Positions 13,032 through 32,523 of a DNA stretch of 64,000 bases are shown piece by piece. Each line of letters starts with the position of its first letter. Positions within the stretch are counted from its first letter, which is position 1. Source of the DNA: Chrysomallon squamiferum (lineage: Eukaryota > Animalia > Mollusca); contig CM022666.1 of NCBI GenBank assembly GCA_012295275.1, forward strand, positions 8,866,001-8,930,000. Direction: 5' to 3'. Below the pieces are notes generated by a model. The model ran no database searches, had not been told where the DNA came from, and saw only the letters and a program-made list of their open reading frames with translations. A program made the translations under genes and the position numbers.

Positions 13032-14093
13032 TCACGAATTCCGAAACACTAGGCTTATTTTCTTTCTAATGGGCTCCATACGTATGGCGCAGACGACGGG
13101 GTCCACGACGTAGTTGAAGGTGAAGATGATGTGCATTACGAGAGACCAGTCGATGTGGTCTTCACGCCAGCAGCCACGCTGCGTCAAGAGGCACACAGTG
13201 AAGTAGACGAGAGTGGGCATCCAGAACAAGATGTATGAAGCACTGAGGATGAAAAATGTGAGAACAAGCTGTCGATTCTTCACAGCATCTAATCGACTTT
13301 CTGAGCGGACACGCATCTGACGTGAAATCTTCGTAAGGACGACGGCGTAGATGACTGGTGTTGCTACAGTGAGGATGATCAGAACTGCAATGAGGTACAC
13401 TGAGACGTCGAGGGTAGCCGTTGACAAGACTGAGCACACATCAACGTTACTGTGATACTGCTTCATCTCCAACGTCGAGTACAACAACAAGACTAGAGAC
13501 AGAAACGTCGACGTGGCGATGATAAAACCGTAGGCGAAATTTCTCTTATCGCTGTCCGCCATTCTAAAGTAGAAAGGTTTAAAGACGGCGATCACTTGGT
13601 CCACTGCAAGACACAACAACGACATCGCCAGAGTCACTGAGAAGACGAAGGTGAGTACAGTGTTGACGAAGACGAACGGACATGTCAGGAAATTAAAGCG
13701 TTTGTAGTCCACGAGGTTGAAGGCTGACGTGACCACGAAGAGGTTGGACGCGGCAAGGATGATGTCTGATACTAACACGGCCAGGAGAGAAAAGCGCGAC
13801 CTTAGCTGATTGTCGTCCAACTTTCGCACGATGTCGACGACGAAACAGCCGAAGACAACGGCAACCACAGCGACAAATACGTTGAAGCAGTTGGCAACGT
13901 CATTCATATAGACGGCTGATTCATTGCTCTGGGCGCTGATGTTGTTTGTTACGTTTACGTTTTCTATCGTGCCGGTTACGTTGTATGGTAAACTGGTTAC
14001 GTTGTCAAGTAAACTGGTTACGTTGTCTGGTAAACTGGTTACGTTGTCTACCATTCTGTGAACGTACATCGAAAGTGTCGCATTGTCAGACAT
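13032..14093 (-). CDS. Class A GPCR 2, single coding exon, about 353 aa; paralog of GPCR 1
   Basis: Same motifs (LAVDQVIAVFKP, FWMPT, NYVVDPVVC). ATG at 14093 (MSDNAT). 5' flank 14094-14200 is homologous to 11756-11860. Confidence 0.9.
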   Translation of the reverse strand: MSDNATLSMYVHRMVDNVTSLPDNVTSLLDNVTSLPYNVTGTIENVNVTNNISAQSNESAVYMNDVANCFNVFVAVVAVVFGCFVVDIVRKLDDNQLRSRFSLLAVLVSDIILAASNLFVVTSAFNLVDYKRFNFLTCPFVFVNTVLTFVFSVTLAMSLLCLAVDQVIAVFKPFYFRMADSDKRNFAYGFIIATSTFLSLVLLLYSTLEMKQYHSNVDVCSVLSTATLDVSVYLIAVLIILTVATPVIYAVVLTKISRQMRVRSESRLDAVKNRQLVLTFFILSASYILFWMPTLVYFTVCLLTQRGCWREDHIDWSLVMHIIFTFNYVVDPVVCAIRMEPIRKKISLVFRNS

Positions 14094-14494
14094 AGTGTTC
14101 TTTAATTTCAACAATACAAATGTTACTTATCTTGCTATCGTATCAGTTACACAAACTTGATATTTGTTTCCTTGGTAACAATTATATATTACTGAGATTC
14201 CCTCTTAACAAAAACAATTGTTGAAAACCTTAATTATTCGACTAATAAATCTAAACTTCTGTCTCTTTATATATCTATCTATGAATATTTCTCTCTGGTC
14301 TGTCTGTCTCGCTCTGTCCAGTCTGAAGCAGTGAAGGTAGAAATGTTTCTACTGTCTTGTTCTGAATTAATTACGTTCACTTCCTCGTGCTGATGTCTTC
14401 TGAATTTAATAATAATATCATGTAAATCAATATTTTGTACGTCAAAAGAATAATAGACTAAAGTGTTATTCAGTTTCGTGTAACTAAAAGATGA

Positions 14495-14553
<59 letters not shown>

Positions 14554-14910
14554 TAACAATAACAATAATAATAGTAACAAAAAATAAAACAACGATAATA
14601 ATAAAAACAACAATAGCAATACCAATGAATCTCAATAGGAAAACAACAACAGCGACAATAATAATAATAACACAACCATATCTGCATACTGTTTGTATAA
14701 AGATTCAGAAATTCGGGTCAAGCGTGCTGGATTACTGGTATGATGCCTATAGTAGTAATAGTAATAGTAGTTATAATAGAGGTAGTAGTAGTAGTAGTAG
14801 TAGTAACAGTAGAAGCAATTGTAAGACTAATAATAGTAGTACTGCTAGCAGTAGCAATAGCAATAGTAGTAGTAGTAATAGTAGTAGCAGCAGCAGCAGA
14901 GTAGTAGCAC

Positions 14911-14948
<38 letters not shown>

Positions 14949-15041
14949 ATAGTAGTAGAAGAAGCAGAAGCAGTAGCAGTGTTAGTAATAGCAGTACCTG
15001 TTGATCTTGTGTTATTACTGTAGTTGTTGTTGTTGTTAGTT

Positions 15042-16001
15042 TTATTTGCCAAGACAAAAAGAGATTCGTATTCGTTTCCTTATTGGTTCCATTCTTACCG
15101 CGCAGACGATGGGGTCAACCAGGTAGTTAAAGGTGAAGATGATGTGCATGATGAGGGAAATATTAAGCGTCTTCACGTCCCAGCAGGTGGCGCTGATGAA
15201 GCAATATGCGAAGTAAATCAATATCGGCATCCAGAACATTATATAGGTGGCGCTGAGCAGGAAGAAACTCCTCACCAGTTTTCGATTTTTCACAAATTCA
15301 GTTCTGTTCTCGGACGCTACGCGGCCTGATTTAGATATCTTCGCCAAGATGACGGCGTAGATGCACGGTGTGATGAACGCCAGTGACGCCAGACAGATGA
15401 CGAGGTAGAGGGAGACGTCGAACAACACACTGGACAAACTACGACAGCTCGGCAGCACGGTGGACCTCTCCGCTGTGAGCTGCAGGCTGCAAGCTACAAT
15501 GACGACAGTGATTAGTGGCGGAGGGGAAAACACTATGGCGCTGTAGATGTATTTACGTCGAATGCTCTGTGTGGTTCTGAAGTAGAGCGGTCTGAACACT
15601 GCAATCACCTGATCGACAGCCAGACACAGCAGGGACAGAGCGAGAGACAGGGAGAAAACCGACGACAGCAGCATGTTAACGTAGACGAAGTAACACGACA
15701 GATAATTGAATCTTTCTATGTCTACCAGTTTGAGCAGGGAGATGAGTTCGGTGAGGTTGGAGGCGGCCAGGATGACGTCACAGATGAGGACGCTAAGCAG
15801 AGAGAAACGAGACAGAAGCTCGTCATCGTCGAGTTTCCTGACGATGTTGATAACGAAACAACCGATGATAATGGACGCGATTGCAATGATGACGTGCACG
15901 CAATTGATGACGTCGGAGATGAAATTCGGAGTCGGATCCGAATTTCCTAGTCCGTCTGATACGTTGAAAACGCTGATGGACGTCGTCGTGTTGAGAAACA
16001 T
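15042..16001 (-). CDS. Class A GPCR 3, single coding exon, about 319 aa; more divergent paralog
   Basis: LAVDQVIAVFRP, FWMP, NYLVDPIVC. First ATG at 16001 lies downstream of an acceptor ctgttttcag| at 16041/16040; candidate donor at 16302 (5'UTR intron). Confidence 0.88.
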   Translation of the reverse strand: MFLNTTTSISVFNVSDGLGNSDPTPNFISDVINCVHVIIAIASIIIGCFVINIVRKLDDDELLSRFSLLSVLICDVILAASNLTELISLLKLVDIERFNYLSCYFVYVNMLLSSVFSLSLALSLLCLAVDQVIAVFRPLYFRTTQSIRRKYIYSAIVFSPPPLITVVIVACSLQLTAERSTVLPSCRSLSSVLFDVSLYLVICLASLAFITPCIYAVILAKISKSGRVASENRTEFVKNRKLVRSFFLLSATYIMFWMPILIYFAYCFISATCWDVKTLNISLIMHIIFTFNYLVDPIVCAVRMEPIRKRIRISFCLGK

Positions 16002-18351
16002 TTCACGATTGTCTGATTTTATTGCTAAATAAGTCAACACCTGAAAACAGGACAGAATTTATTGACAGGGTCAAAGGCAATATTAAAATAGCAACAGATA
16101 TAGAAAGACATAAGAGAGTGAATTTGAAGACAGATGTAGAGACAGAGAAAAAATATTGAATTTAAAGATAGGTATACAAAAAGAACCGAGAAATCGTATT
16201 TGAAGATTGCCGTGAGCACAGAAAGAGGCAAGAAATCGAATTTGAAGATTTCTGTAAATTCAGGAAAAGACAGGAAATGAATTTGAATTTGAATATAGTT
16301 ACCTTTTCACACAATTCTGAAAAAGGAGAGCAAACAAAACATCACAGATTGTAAATTGTTTATTCTGAAAACGCCTTATTCTAGACCTCCTAGTTTTATT
16401 GAAGAGTCTAACTGGGACTTGGATTTCAGTGAATTCGCAGTGCTGTATCAAAAGCATTTACAGCCGATGTATTTGTGCACTAGAAAAGCCAAAACTTTCA
16501 AAAACACGGTTTCAAATACATTTTAACTGAAATATTGCCGCTTCAGTTGTGTCAGAATATTAAAAATATCTTGAGTTTATGTCATAAAAAATACTGACGA
16601 CAACAGTAACAATAAAGCAAACGCAACAACAACAGCTATTATAATAATAATTATAATAACAATAATACTGATAATAATAATAACATCAACAATTATTAGA
16701 GTCTTAACGCTTCTTGTATGACACTTTCTATTGTGGACACCTGTATATAGACAGTGAAATAATTTTTGTGATTAACTTGTTGTTGTTTCCTCAACTCTGA
16801 ATTGTTATTATAATAAATCTTCTTCTAGATTTAATGTATTGGTTATATTATCGTGTTTGCTGTGTTAGTGTTTGTCCGCCATTGTTCCTGCAGCACGTGA
16901 AACTGTATGACGTCAAACGAAGCTAGCTCTACGTCGATTCGCTGACTTCCAAAAGGTTAAAGGTTACGACTGTCGAAAGGCCACAAAAGTTCTGAAATAA
17001 AGTTATTGTATTGTAAAGAGATTTATCAGTAAAGTGAAAAAGTATGCACGGATGAATGGATGTATTTATGTCTGTCAGTATGTCTGTATGTCTGTATGTT
17101 TATGTAAGTTTGTATGTGGGTATTAATGTATGTGTTATGTATGCATGTCTTCTGTTTATATATATAATCTTATATTATTTGTAGGGGTTTTGGTGGGGGG
17201 TTTGGGTTTGTTTTTGGTTGTTTTGTTTTTAATTTTGTTTATGCCTATGTATAACGCATATTGGCAAACATTCATTATTTTAAAATTATTTGAAGACACA
17301 TCTGTTAAATATATGTTTATACTTATGGAGAGATACCTTGAAATATATATATCGACCTATCTCTCCATAAGTATAAACATTTATAGACAAAAGCAAAAAC
17401 AAACAAAATAAAATAAAAACAAACCAAAAACAAATATACAAAAAAAACCACTAAAACAAACACAGAGAAAGGAATAATAAAAGACTATCGGTGAAACCAA
17501 GAGATTCAGTAGTATGGGTGGAGGGGCGAACGATTGGACAGACAAACAAACAAAACTAAAGCAAAGATATATAAGTATTCAAAACACAGAAAATCAAACT
17601 GTTCGTACCTATAACGAAAACAGGTTAATAACGGTAACATATAACTTTTCTTAATTCGAGTTTCTTTTAACTCCAGCAGTACGTATTTCATGACTATTTT
17701 GATATATTTTATATTCTTAATAATGCACCACATTTTTAATAATGCACAAAAATAAATCAACAAATAAATAAAATTTGATCGTAAAGACCATTATTATTCA
17801 TGCGGGTGCTTTATTTTATTGTGCAGCAAATTACATAAATCCGAACTTCCTATAACACTGATAAAACGTACAGGTTTCATTACCTTACTGGGAGAATTAT
17901 TTTTATTTATTTATTTATTTATTTTATTTCATTTTATTTTATTTTATTTTGTATCTAACGGCGTTTCAACTGAATACCGGTATTTACCGTATTCGTAGAA
18001 ACAACCGCGCGACGTTTCTTTCCTTGAGTCGGGGATTAACCGACGATTTTTTGAAGTCTTCCATTTACTTTTTCCATCAAACTTTTCAAAGTAAAGATAA
18101 TAAATTTTGAAAGGGGACTGTGTTTACTATTGAATATTTTTTATTATTATATGTCGTAAGAAAAAACCACCAAAGAAACAAAACAAAAAACCCAGCATAT
18201 TTGATTTTCCGTTAAAACGCGACAGACAAATAATTTCATAATTAGAATGAACATTTTAAAAATTCATGTCAGCAAGAAACCAAAACAAAACAAACAAACA
18301 AATAAAAAATAATTTAAAATGTTTCTAATTGAAAGAAATAAAGAAAACGAG

Positions 18352-18383
<32 letters not shown>

Positions 18384-19849
18384 TACAAGAAGAAGAAGAC
18401 GACGATATGATGAATAAGAAACGTAAGAACGAAAAGGAGAAGAAGACAAAACGAAGAAGAAGAAATATTCTTACCTGTTGACAAAGTCGTCTGTTATCTC
18501 TCTCACTTTTTATTTTCAGCAAACTTTTACGCATTAAAATACTTTTTTTGTACAAAGTGATATCTTCTGAGCGAGTGTTGAAAACACGTGCTAAACAGAA
18601 GTCTTCTTTCAACACGCGAGCTTTTGTACTTTGATTCACGTGTCTGTCTTATCGGTCATTGGTCAGTTTGGACACTAACACCTGCTTACAGTCTAGGTGT
18701 GGTCATTTTGGATTTATTAATTTTTACTTTTAAGTATATATTTTTTACGTTTGTGACCGTAAATGATGGCAGAGTTTATATATGTTTTTCTCTTCCTGTA
18801 TGTTTGCGTACGTTTCTGTTTGACGAATAAAGATGTATGTAAGTGTGTATGTACGCATTAAATGTGTTTGAATATGTACGTACGTATGTATGAGTTTATG
18901 CACGTATTATATATATGTTTGTGAATGTGCCCGTATGTGTCTGTGTATATGTATGTATGTGTGTATGTTTGTGTGTATGTCTGTAGGTGTACATCTCTCT
19001 ATATAATTATGTATTTACGTATGTAGATGGATGGACGGAAAATGATAGATGATTAGATGCATGAATAATTGGATGGATGGATGGATGGATGGATGGATGA
19101 GGGATGGATGGATGGATGGAAGTGAAAAATTAATATTAATTACAGGTTGTAATAGACTAACACGCAGGTTGTTTGTTGTTTTGACACTGATATAAATAAC
19201 ATTGCTGCTGCTCTTTTCATAACTGGACATGGTTTATTTAAAAAAAAAAAATTGTGTTCGCGCCGTAATTAACAAAACAGATGTTCCCATAATGAAATCC
19301 GATTTTACTTAGCGTTCGTTCGTTATCTCAGAGTGGATTTGTTTTCAGAAAACACATTTTTACAAAGACATCGACTACAACGACAATAGTTTTGCCGTTC
19401 CCTTTATTCTTGCTTTCTCGCTTGATAGCATTGTATGGTTTGGCCTTTTAAATATGATTTTTTGTGGGGGTTTTTCATTTCTTTTTTTAGTATAATATAA
19501 TTTTATCGATTTATAGAATGTTTGTCTACATGGTGTAACGTATAGATTTGTACATGTCTGTGTGTCTGTTTGTATCTCTGTTTATTTAAAAGGTAGAGAC
19601 AAGAAATGGTCATATAAATAAATATTGTTAGCAAATAATACACATACACACTTATCTACTCAGATCACTCACATATATTCATTGTATTTTATAGTAAAAC
19701 ATTGTCACATTTTTATGGCTGTGGGATATTGATTACTTATAGTTTACTAATGAGATTTGAAACCAAATACATCACCTTTTAAATCTAGAAATTATTATTC
19801 TTAATATATTTGTTAATAAAAACTGAAAGTTTCTTTTGAATACACTATT

Positions 19850-20560
19850 GATTCAGAACTATTTCAAAGCACATAATGTCTAAAACAAATTACAACATTT
19901 GTGCTTGTTCCTTTCAATTCAGCTATTACAGGCCTCTTCAACACTGGTATTCTCTAAATCGATATAATAATATTTATAAATTCTACTGAACAGTTTTCTA
20001 TTTTTAGAGAACATCCAAATAGTAATAATATTTTTGACTGAAGTAATGAAAACCCTTTTTTTTTTTTTTTATATTTGAACTTATACTTCATGAAAGATAG
20101 ATATTAAATTAAACAATTCGTCACAATACAAAAATAAATGGCTCAAATCTTTGTCTTCCTTCAAACACACTGGACATACACTAGATGAGATTTTGCCTAT
20201 TTATACAATTAACATTATGTGTATGTTAAATGATGTGCTACTCTGAAATCTATGTCAATAAATTCAGCAAATGAATCACTACAGTCTATCATTTCCAAAC
20301 TGGTTCCCACAATATATCAAACCCAAGCTCTGTCCACTTTTCTTCACATGTACGTGATTTAACATTTTTAGGAAACAAAATTGAATAAATTAATTTAACT
20401 GTAAATTCATTGACATTTATCATTTCATTATTATGAAATAGAAATAAATCTTTAATAAGTGTTAATCTCTTATCATTTCTATTCAACTTTTCTATTCATC
20501 TGGATTTGATTTCAAAACAACTTTGTAAGCAATATAAATTTGTTTTGGGGGTAATTCTAG
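19850..20560 (-). mobile_element. Degraded non-LTR retrotransposon (L1/Tx1-like ORF2 3' end)
   Basis: Minus-strand translation with stops and frameshifts: ...KLIYSILF...CEEKWTELGFDILWEPVWK...IDIDFRVAH...IGKISSSVCPVCLKEDKDLSHLFLYCDEL, the C-terminal CCHC zinc knuckle typical of L1/Tx1-clade ORF2. Boundaries approximate. Confidence 0.7.
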
Positions 20561-20730
20561 ATATTTTTCATGAATAATGTCAACAACAGCAGAAAAGGGG
20601 AGAAACACTGAAATTACTTCCTATGCTATATCAGTCACTTTGACTAGTAATAATTTGCTTTTATATTTAATGAAGGCTGAGACAATGTTTCTTCGAGTGG
20701 GAAAATATGTTCTCCATTAGTAACATAGTC

Positions 20731-20748
20731 CCATTACACCATGGAACC
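20731..20748 (-). pseudogene. 5' fragment (18 nt) of tRNA-Gln
   Basis: Reverse complement reads GGTTCCATGGTGTAATGG, identical to the first 18 nt of 6298-6369; similarity stops after that. Confidence 0.55.
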
Positions 20749-21138
20749 AACTATATGATGATAATAAGTACAAAAGCATTTCTGAAAACCTTTTAGACAA
20801 GGCACTGAAATATTAGTACTGAAGATATTAATATAATTTATTACTCATTCTTGTCCTTGGTGATGACTCTAAACGAAATCTTGATGCTGTGACGCAGCTG
20901 TTGGTTATCAGGTTTCTTTTAAACGTGGTGAGTCTTAGTGCAGTAAGCGTGACACTGAAATAACTAGAGAATAAAGCGACCATTAACATCTCAGCAGTGA
21001 TTCACAGATTTCTGACCTCTAACTGTATCAGACGTTCCCAGAAACCAGACTTCAGACATGGGCAAACCACAGTTTAGGGATTAAAGAACATGCAAGACAC
21101 GTCTTAGTATGTTGGATCAGTCCTTGTTACTGTATCAG

Positions 21139-21788
21139 CCATTATACACACCATTCATCATTATATACACCATTCATTACATTATACACACCATTCATTA
21201 CATTATACACATCATTCATCATTATATACACCATTCATTACATTATACACACCATTCATTACATTATATACACCATTCATTACATTATACACACCATTCA
21301 TTACATTATACACACCATTCATTACATTATACACACCATTCATTACATTATACACACCATTCATCATTATATACACCATTCATTACATTACACACACCAT
21401 TCATCATTATATACATCATTCATTACATTATACACACCATTCATTACATTATATACACCATTCATCCATTATATACATAATTTATCCATTATATACACCA
21501 TTCATTCATTATATACGCCATTCATCATTATATACGCCATTCATCCATTATATACACCATTCATTCATTATATACGCCATTCATCATTATATACGCCATT
21601 CAAACATTATATACACAATTCATCATTATATACACAATTCATCAATTATATACGCCATTCATCATTATATACGCCATTCAAACATTATATACGCCATTCA
21701 ACCATTATATACGCCATTCTGCCATTATGTACGCCATTCAACCATTATATACGCCATTCAGTAATTATATACGCCATTCAGCCATTAT
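21139..21788. repeat. Minisatellite, 18-21 bp units (CCATTCATTACATTATACACA grading to CCATTCAACCATTATATACG)
   Basis: About 30+ tandem units visible; explains the His/Tyr-rich ORF 21109-21480. Confidence 0.92.
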
Positions 21789-23418
21789 CCAGAATTTTAA
21801 ACGGAAATATCTTGTTTTACTAAATGAAGGAATCCGTTCTGATTGTCGACTGAAGATGGCAGCAAGTTTCACATCTGAAGTCAAAAGTATACACTAGTAT
21901 CGCTAGTATCATTCATGGGAATTTTTGCAAATATCAACATCGTAATTAGTCATCTCACCTCGGCCTTTCAATCGTCTAAATTATATGGCTATGTTTACAA
22001 TGTGAAAATCTGTCCTAATTATATTATAAGTAAACAAATTGATCATTTACGACCTTTATGAAATCTATAATTTTGTGTAATTCCTGTATTTTGCTGAGCA
22101 TAACAAAAACTCATATAACACTGAGTTGGCTTCTTATTGCCACTGTAGCTTATAAAAAGTGCTGCAGCCACGTCTTTCTGTTTCTTTCTCTGAGAATTAT
22201 TAAATCTTTCTACAATCTTTTTGTTTACTGCTGTGGGTAACCAGAATACACAGCAGGAAGGTGACACGCGACAGTTTTGTGTGACATGTGACATTAGAAA
22301 TTGACATTCACGGGTCACAGAGACTGACCTTTGTGGAAACTAATCAGAAAAAGAGTTATCTTCCTTTTTCTTCTTCATCTATTATTATTATCATCATCAT
22401 TTTTATTTTATTATTATCATGATGATGAACATGATCATTATTATTATTATCATTACTATCGTCTTTAACCGTATTATTATTATTATTATTATTATTATTG
22501 TTATTGTTATTATTATTTTCTTTCAAGTAGTCTTCTTCAATTTTTCTTTCTTTCTTCTATTTTCTTACATAAAATAGCATCATCACTTTAATATAATATT
22601 AAATTTATCAATGTAAAATAAAATAATACTTATCTAAATAAAAATTAATAATATACTTAATGATTTTTGTCATTGTAAAATAAAATGATTTTCAACATTC
22701 TGTAATAAAATTATTTAAACGAAGCGACTGTTTCTTCGTCTTTACCTTTCGACAGTCTAACAGAATCTACATGAAATTGACCATTCCTAAACATCTTGAC
22801 ATTTAAAATATTATATTTTATTTTATTTATGTTTTATTTTTTATTTATTTGTCGTTTGTTTGTTTGTTTGTTTTGTTTTTGTTCGTATTGATACACACAT
22901 AACATTTTCTAGCTTTTTAATTCTATTAACACTTTTTATGCACGTGTCTATTCTACAACACACATAGACACATATATATACTGTGATGTTAAACTCGTTA
23001 TATCTTTCGAAAATTAACGCTTTTCTGATATGTGTTACCTTCTGCAGTCCATTAACCGATTTTGTCGTCAAAAGTGACCAGATGGGGAAAAAAAGAGAAA
23101 AAGAAGAACATTTTTCTTTCACTGGTTTAACATACTTCTGACGTTCTTAAACTGACTTCACCTGTTTTTTGACGTTATCTGTCAGACTGACAGTGATTGA
23201 CATGGGTCAAGTATCTCGCGACTCAGTCAAACTCTGCTTGAGACTGTTTTCAGTGACTAGCTGTTCTGTAGCCAGGCCCGTGTAGAGACAGAGTGTTTTG
23301 TCAAACCTAACTGCAAGCTGCTCGTAAGGGAATCCGCTCTTCTGTATACAGGTGTGTTTTGTTTTTTAGATGTTTTTGTTTCAATTTATTCTATTTGTTT
23401 AAATCTTTATTGTTTTAT

Positions 23419-23456
<38 letters not shown>

Positions 23457-23756
23457 ATAGTAGTAGTAGTAGTAGTAGTAGTAGTATCATCATCATTATT
23501 ATTATTATTTGTTATTTGTTTAGTCATTTATTTATTTTTAATATCGTTTATTTATTTATGTATTTATGTATCTATTTACCTATTTATTTATTGTTGTGGT
23601 TATTCTAATTGCTGTTCTTATTATTGCCGTGGTAGTCGTCACTGTTATTGTTCTTATCTTATTATTGTCATTACTACTACTACTCGCGCTATTATTATTA
23701 CTACTACTACCATATATACTTTACTAATACTACTACTACCATATATACTTTACTAA

Positions 23757-23824
<68 letters not shown>

Positions 23825-23866
23825 TAAATATAATGCTTTTTCTCTCTTTCTAAAGGAAACACAAAA

Positions 23867-29798
<5,932 letters not shown>

Positions 29799-30298
29799 TT
29801 TACGTCGATGTCAAACTGCAAAACATTAAAATGGCGGTATGAATGGACGGTCTAAGAAACTTTGTATTTACACATTATTATTCTGTTGTGCGATATGTCA
29901 ACAGAATATGACACTGAAATAATATTGTTGAAATAATGTCCTAGTTCTTCCCCTTTACGATTCGAGTAGTGACGTCATGACACTGATAGCTGTATTTATT
30001 TATTTTATTTATTACTTTATTTTTTTTTTCCCACTTTTGTAAAAAATTTAAACAAATCAGTCTGCTCCATACATCAAGATGTCACGATTTCATAAAAATG
30101 GATAGTCCAGACAGTTTTAAATTGTAATTGTTTTTTTTTATATATCCTTAGTTGTTAAGAATGACACCAAAATAGATAAATAAATAATCGAATAATAAAT
30201 AAATAAATATATAGAAAGTATTTAGAACTTGATTGTTTATCATTATTTATATCTGTGTATTATTATTATTACTATTATTATTATTATTATTATCATTA

Positions 30299-30359
<61 letters not shown>

Positions 30360-30748
30360 GCTAATTTTTATTTATTATTATTAATTCATATTAATAAAAG
30401 GATAAGCAGGATTCTTGTTCTGTAAAAATATTACTCTAACCTGTGTTGTGATGCTGCTGTATGAAACATATATTTCAAGACTGAAATAAAAAGTTTATGC
30501 TTATTGTTAACTTTTATTTATTCATTAACTTCATAATTTTTTTTTTTTTATTATTATAATTTTTTTAATTTGTTTTGAACCGATTTATTTATAACTGTTC
30601 TTCTTGTTGCTGATTATTTCCCCATTGTAATTTCATCATTATTAGTATCAACGTCATCATTATGATTATTATTATTATTATTATTGCTATTATTATCATA
30701 ATCATTATCATTATTTTATTATTATTATCATCATCATCATCATCACGA

Positions 30749-30810
<62 letters not shown>

Positions 30811-30854
30811 GTCGTTATTATTACTATTATTATCATCTTAGCGACTTCATTACA

Positions 30855-31081
30855 AAGGAAACATTTATTTCCTGGCTTTTTTTTTATGAAGATACTATCG
30901 TAAATAATTTTGTTGTTAAGTTAACAAGAAAAGACTTCGAATGAAGTGGACAGAAGTATCAGAAATACCAGCGGAAATTACATAGGAAACATTTATTTCC
31001 TGGGGTTTTTACGAAGATACTTAGGTAAATAATTTTGTTGTTAAGCAAAAAGAAAAAACTTGTGAAGTGGACAGAAATATC
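30855..31081. repeat. Diverged two-copy direct repeat, period about 128 bp
   Basis: GGAAACATTTATTTCCTGG...GAAGATACT...GTAAATAATTTTGTTGTTAAG...TGAAGTGGACAGAA occurs at about 30856 and 30984. Confidence 0.75.
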
Positions 31082-32449
31082 GTCTGCTGGTTCATCGTCT
31101 GCTAAAATGATTAATTCGGTGTCTTGATGGTGGGGGGTTGTTTTGGTTTTTTTATGTTGGGAGCGTTCTTTTTCTTCTGATATGGTCATTTCAGATTTTA
31201 GAACGAGAGAAAAATATAAAAAATCAGAACTCCATGTTGTCATTTATAATGAGATAGATAAACCTCCTGTGTAAATAAATTATATTCCATTGATTTTAAA
31301 CAACATCGTCTATGGCTGCCACTCCTGTAATTTAACATTATCATCAACAACAATAGCAGTATTAACAATAACAACAATAATCATAAAATAATAATCAAAA
31401 GAACAAGAATATTAATAATAAAAAAAACTAAAAAAGAACATGAACATTAATAATAAAAGAAACAATGATAAAAACAGTAACAATAGTAACAAAAATAATA
31501 ATTTCAATAGAAGTAATGATAGTGCAAGCAGTAACAGTTGTAGTAGTAGTAGGAGGAGGAGGAGGAGGAGTAGTAGCTGTTACAGTGGCAGTAGTAGTAG
31601 TAGTAATGAGAAGACTTTGTTGAAAGTTCCAATCCAAATGAATTTACTAAATGTCAGCAAACCTGACACCAAGTTCAAATCTTGTATTTAACAAGACAAA
31701 ATTTATTTGGAGGGAAATGTTACATAAGATTAAAGCTATTTTAATGTTAATTATCTATTCATTTATTTTTATATCGGGGTATCATTATTGTCAAAGACTA
31801 CATTCATTTTAGTTTTTCAATCACTGTTCTAAATACGAAAGTAATTATGTTTCAGTTTTATTAATACGCATAACATCTACTAATATGTTTCAATGTCTCA
31901 TCATCAGACTGAATGACAGTGAAACTCATTTTATGTAAATAATGTTTTATGTCGTGTTTCAGTGAGGTATGACACATGAAGAAACAATTCAGTTCATTCA
32001 TTAATTCGTTAAATATTGTTATTTAGGAATTTAATTCCTGTCAGAATTTAACAGTTAGATGTATGTGTTTGGATTTTTGGAGGTTGTTTTTACATTTTTT
32101 GATTTTTTAACTTTTTCCTTTTTTTCTAATAGTAAATATAGTAGAACTGTTAAGTGAAAAAAAAGCTGCAGTCGTCGTATTGATATTTATGGATAGGTAA
32201 TAAAGTTATTTTTAATGGTATTATACTTTTAAAAAAGTTAAATAAATAAATAAACATTATATTTCATGTAAGAAAAAAATATATATATATATATCAATTA
32301 ATAATAGCAATAAACATATTAAAAAAACAAAATAATAACTGCGACAATAATAACAAAACCAAAACACCAAAAACAACAACAGGAATAACAACAATAAAAA
32401 TGATGATGATGATGATGATGATGATGATAAAAATAATAATATTAATAAA

Positions 32450-32484
<35 letters not shown>

Positions 32485-32523
32485 TCAAACACTAATAGTT
32501 ATATATATGTTTATTTAAGAGAG

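Noticed and set aside
21109-21480. His/Tyr-rich ORF (HYTHHSL repeats)
   Set aside because: Translation of a minisatellite with mixed unit lengths; no splice or coding support.
30959-31243. 94-aa minus-strand ORF between the astacins
   Set aside because: No recognisable motif; its 3' half lies within a non-coding direct repeat.
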